A DNA stretch of 64,000 nt from Trichinella spiralis (taxonomy: Eukaryota): contig NW_003526941.1 of NCBI RefSeq assembly GCF_000181795.1, forward strand, positions 10,655,782-10,719,781, given 5' to 3'. Made by a program: the position numbers and the translations under genes. Numbering within the stretch: the first letter of the stretch is position 1; each line of letters opens with the position of its first letter. The notes under the pieces are model-generated. The model did no database searches. It was not told where the DNA came from and worked only from the letters and a program-made list of their open reading frames with translations. Shown one piece after another: positions 59,401 to 64,000 of this stretch.

Positions 59401-61134
59401 TCCAACGGCTAAAAGAAAACAAAATTAGTGAAGAAACAAAATTAAATACTGCTCAATATATTGGTGTTTGAAAAATATACAGAAAAATATACATCTTCGT
59501 CTTCTTTTCTAGTCATTATTACGTTGCAGTATTACTGTAGTGGAAACAAGTGAATCAAATGAATCAACAAAAATGCTAATTTTAAACTTCTCATCAACAT
59601 CGTTTTGAACAGTATTGAAAAAAAATTCTTTTTTTGAATAAAAAAGAAAAATATGAATTTTATCATAAAATATTATAGTGATGACGTCGAAATGAAAAGA
59701 AGAATAAATTTCATGGAAATCAAGTGCAACTGTTGACTAGATTGTACGGCGTTATCGCCCTGCTTATCGACCTTCAGAAAATGAAATTGCCAAATGATGA
59801 AATTGATAAATGCCGAATTTTTTTACAATCCAAAACAACACTGAGATGAGAAATAACAAATATACACTGCACAAATCAATAGCGGTGAAAATAATGTTGG
59901 CTGATTTGCATATTCGGTTATTATGTCATATAATTCAAGAAGAAGATTGCAATTGCAAAGCCAAAATTGCCAAACTGGACGAGTGTTCTAATTTGAATTT
60001 TCAACATCTTCGAACACGGTTGACACAAAACACTGGACACAAATTTCCACTATAAACAGGCGAAGTTGTGCATGAACTATCACAAAGAAGAAAAAAAAAC
60101 ATATAATAAAACCACTACTACGAAATAAAAGTAAACAAAGTGAAATTAAACTGATACAATTTGAACAAAATGGAAAATTTTTCGAAAACAAATTATTCAA
60201 ATATGCAAAGATGTATATATGTATATTATGGGCGCCGAATTGAAAATGGCAAATTAAAATTTTGCAGTCAACTTTTCGTCAACACCCTTTCACTGTATGT
60301 ATGACCTTTGTTGACATTTTGACAAAATGCTGCCGTCATAAAAGCAATCCGGTTGCATTGGTGGTAAAGCGGCTAGGGTGGCTGTTGCGGTGATCAAAAT
60401 TTTTATCAACCCAATATAATCTGTATTCGATCACAAACGTCAAATTCAGCAACGCTCATTTCTCAGTTGCTTTGAAAAACCCAAATCCAAAATAATAATT
60501 TATAAAAAACTATTTTCATTTCCACAACATCATGCATAAATAAAAAAATTTTGAAAATAAACAAATCGTAAATATTGACTTTATCACTAGTGTAAACAGG
60601 GGAATATTTATTAAAATGAGAAACAAAAATTCTTCACATAGTTACCTTTCCAATCCGGTGGCAAAGACGGGTTCAATATTTGACCAGTCAATGGCAAGTA
60701 AACAGTAGGAATTTTTATCCGCTCACTGGATTGACCGTAAATTCCAAAATGCAACATTCGGCAGTCATCTTTAATATTAAAAAATAAATAAATAAATTGT
60801 ACAATAAACATATTAACTAACAACAAATATATTTATTTATTTATTTACCGATCGAATCAGAGCATTTTTTCACGTGTTGTAAAAAGGCTGGATAGTTGAG
60901 CGGACATTGGCAACTGCATCCACTGTTTCTGGAAGAGATTGCGTTGTAAACTGAGCAATGCTGCGGCTTGCATGTCACATCCGGATTGTTGAATATGTCA
61001 CCAGTGTTGAAAATTCGAGTAATGTTGTGAACGAGGCGATTGGCGGAACCCTGAGAAACTGCACAAGACCACAGTATCCAAGTGAACAGTTGAGCGAATG
61101 CATACGACGATCGGTACCGTGCGGTCGTCAGCAT
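56491..61134 (-). CDS. Shavenoid/kojak-like single-pass membrane protein
   Basis: Signal peptide; Cys-rich N-terminus (GDIF...C....C...CSCQC....PAF....KC, KIPTVYLPLTGQILNPS); TM segment (GLVVGIVCGVILTLFLLVISVFW); cytoplasmic RKRLYFSPEFFEPE....PPP.A.EFL..VR..I..A...I..RRYTPSLLVIPEE. An alternative upstream ATG lies at 61227. Confidence 0.7.
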
Positions 61135-62728
61135 TGCAAAATTATCATCATCAACGTCGACCCTTCTAGGACTCTTCACAGTGGCAACGACACTTTTCCC
61201 TGCCCGCCGCCAAAGCAGCAGCTGCATACTGCCACGCTAGTTGACAAATCTGCCTGACATTAACACTGTTTTGCTCATTTGATCAACTAGTTCACAGTCG
61301 TGAACTGGCCAACAGGGTGTCACTGGGCGCCAATCGTCGACTCTCTACAGTCATTCCAATCTGAGACCTACGCATCCTTTTATACTTTACAGTAATTGAA
61401 CTGAAGATGAATAATTTTTTAATTAAAATAACAACAACAATAATTCAATTGCACAAATTAATTTTTCTGAACGTGCAACGTGGAACGTCTCTGTTTAACA
61501 GAACGAACAGAGATTTATTTTAAACTGTTGACAAGTGGGTGTGGTCAGAACCGGGCTTGATTTGGGTCATCGTCAAGCGGCGTTTCGGTTGAAATCGAAC
61601 CGGTTCAAGCTACGTCCATCACACACACGGCTAATTTAAACGGTAAGCTGACAAGCAGCGGTAGAAGCAGCAGAAGTAGTAGTATCAGAAACAACAACAA
61701 CAACAACAACGCTATTTTACCTTCTTTCCACCGTAAAATGTAAAATCAAAATTGATGCCATTTATACACACCCAAAAAATAGCATTTCTGTAATTTATAG
61801 CTTATAATATAAGAACAACAACAACAAACTATTATAAAGATGCACATGATATGCAAATTTGTCTTTAAGCTGCGCTTTCAAGCGGTGAATAAAGAATTCA
61901 ACGATTGCAATTATTTATACTTTAAAGCAAACGAAAAACAACAATCTTTTCAGGTGCTTTTCACAGCTGCATCAGTTTCATTAAAATTTCATGTGTGGTT
62001 GAAAATAATTGCTAAACTGTTGGCAATTTTCGTCAGATAACATACTGAGCACTGCACCGTGAATTTACCTTCACCCATTGATTGAAGAAACTTTCAACGA
62101 GTAAAATGAAAAATATCCATTAAACAAACATTTTATATACATTTCGTCTACTCTTCTTTTTAAGTCAGTTTTACAAATTATATAGCACCATTTCAGTGAC
62201 ATTTTGAAATATTTGCTTATACATACATTCGTCTGCAATAATAAATATTTATACGTTTGCCATCATAAACGAAAACTGATTAAAATCTCTAAAATTACAT
62301 TCATAACGTATGAAAATAAGCTTGAATAAACTGAAACAGATTTATCAAAAAATCGAATTATTATTCAACTAATCAGTAAAGATTTCGGCATAAATTCAAC
62401 ATAAAAGTAATGCTACCAAGCTATTGAAATTGCGTTATTATCTAAAAATTATAAAAAGTATATAGACAAAAAAGAAAACGTGCAAATTCTACATTCATAA
62501 TCTACTTATGAATGAATTAAGAAAATGGTAATCATTCATTGCATAAATTTCAAACTTGAACATTATTAATTTACAGTAATCAATGACTGCCAAAGAAACG
62601 AAAAGCTGATAAGTCTTTAACTTGATATTTTCATTTAAATTCATTTACAATTATTCAGATCAAAGAAATAAAAAATAACAAATACAATCATACTGTTGTT
62701 GCATTTCAGGTAAAAAACGCGGAACAAA

Positions 62729-64000
62729 ATGCCGCATCTCTCTTGTCGGTTCTATGCAGACAAATATCCTCAAGTCGAAGATACCGTTGTCGTCACTGTA
62801 CGGTCTATAGCTGAAATGGGTGCATATGTTAGCCTTCTGGAGTACAATAATATTGGTAACTTACTCTTTTTGAAGCTTGAAATTAATTTATTTTAATGCT
62901 CATTTCAAAAAATTCAACTACCCTACGACATTACCTAGTTAGCCAGAAGTCACTGTTCAACAACATTACATTCGTCATGGAATTGTATTTGAATACGCAT
63001 TTCTAGACTTGTCTAAAACATTAGTTTATATTAATTATTTAGAATCAAGAATGAACTAAGCATACTTATAGACTAGACATAACATATGATTCCATGATTA
63101 TTGCAATTGATGTAAAGGCATTAGTTTGATTTTAGAAGGTATGATTTTGCTGAGTGAATTATCACGCCGTCGTATTCGATCAGTGAACAAGCTTATTCGT
63201 GTTGGGCGCAGTGAATGCGTCGTTGTCATTCGTGTTGATGAAGATAAAGGTAAGCTGTGAAACTTACTTGATTCTATCTAGTTCTCTTTATTTAACAAAT
63301 TGAGATGGCAAATTGTTTGCTTCCATTTATCAATAGATATTATTCGTAAATTACGTCAGGTGATTTTTGCAAAAATACAGTATTTTGAGTCATTTAAGAT
63401 CTCATTACAGTATGCTTTTTTTGATATTTTAACAAATCAAATTATCTTCACTGGATAAGTAATAGTTTGTTTAAAAATGTATAAAACCTCTAGGATATAT
63501 TGATTTATCAAAACGAAGAGTATACACGAAAGATTTGATTGAATGTGAAGAACGATTTGCCAAAGCGAAAGCTGTGTACAGCATCTTACGTCACGTTGCC
63601 GATCAACTTGGTTATGATTCTGACAATCAACTTGAAGATTTATTAAATCGTACCGCATGGCACTTTGACCGAAAATACAACAAAAAGGCAGCTTCGTATG
63701 AAGTATTTAAAAAAGCAGTCAAGTAAATATACGTTGATTTTTAAAACAACTGTATCGTTTTACAAATTACCGTAAAAATGAGAAAAAAAATTTTTTAACA
63801 GTGACGAAAGCGTACTTGATGAATGTGATATTGACGACGCGACAAAAGAGAAAATATTAGAAAATATTCGTAAACGGCTTACCCCCCAGGCAGTGCGAAT
63901 TCGAGCTGGTAAAGTAACCATCATTGACATTTCAGTTGGAAGTGATGATGCTTATCACACGTTGGTTCAGATGTCGAAGTGAGTTGTTTCGGCTATGATG
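62729..64000 (+). CDS. EIF2S1: Eukaryotic translation initiation factor 2 alpha (3' truncated by the window)
   Basis: [18 protein letters not shown]...[41 protein letters not shown] (Ser51 loop), [26 protein letters not shown]. Confidence 0.97.

Noticed and set aside
63300..63412. H/ACA-like elements in the second eIF2-alpha intron
   Set aside because: The first hairpin is too short and the H box is ambiguous in AT-rich sequence.
1..64000. Prokaryotic-type systems (CRISPR arrays, defence islands), rRNA and tRNA genes
   Set aside because: The sequence is intron-rich eukaryotic DNA. I saw no repeat-spacer array, rRNA segment or tRNA cloverleaf.

Overview
AT-rich, gene-dense eukaryotic DNA with short (mostly 50-100 nt) introns and TTTTCAG-type acceptors. 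This is most consistent with a clade I nematode such as Trichinella (inference from composition and gene structure; not verified). I can reconstruct about 18 protein-coding genes. Left to right: a ubiquitin-like protein; a minus-strand run of NOSIP, SNRNP40, LIPT1, MED22 and HAP40/F8A1; mitochondrial EF-G1 carrying two intronless antisense genes in its introns (a forkhead factor and a START-only CERT-like protein); RPS2; glycerate kinase; CDK9; a second minus-strand run of PTPMT1, PTIP, MZT1 and APC11; MAN1/LEMD3; a shavenoid-like membrane protein; and eIF2-alpha (truncated by the window edge). Main points of interest: two operon-like clusters; an MZT1 gene missed by the ORF track whose spliced stop codon overlaps the first codons of APC11; the doubly nested EF-G1 locus; two GC-AG introns in CDK9; a candidate H/ACA snoRNA upstream of RPS2; a GFG-repeat extension on RPS2; and decayed mobile-element traces in two gene-poor intervals. 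All homology calls come from recognising motifs by eye, not from database searches.
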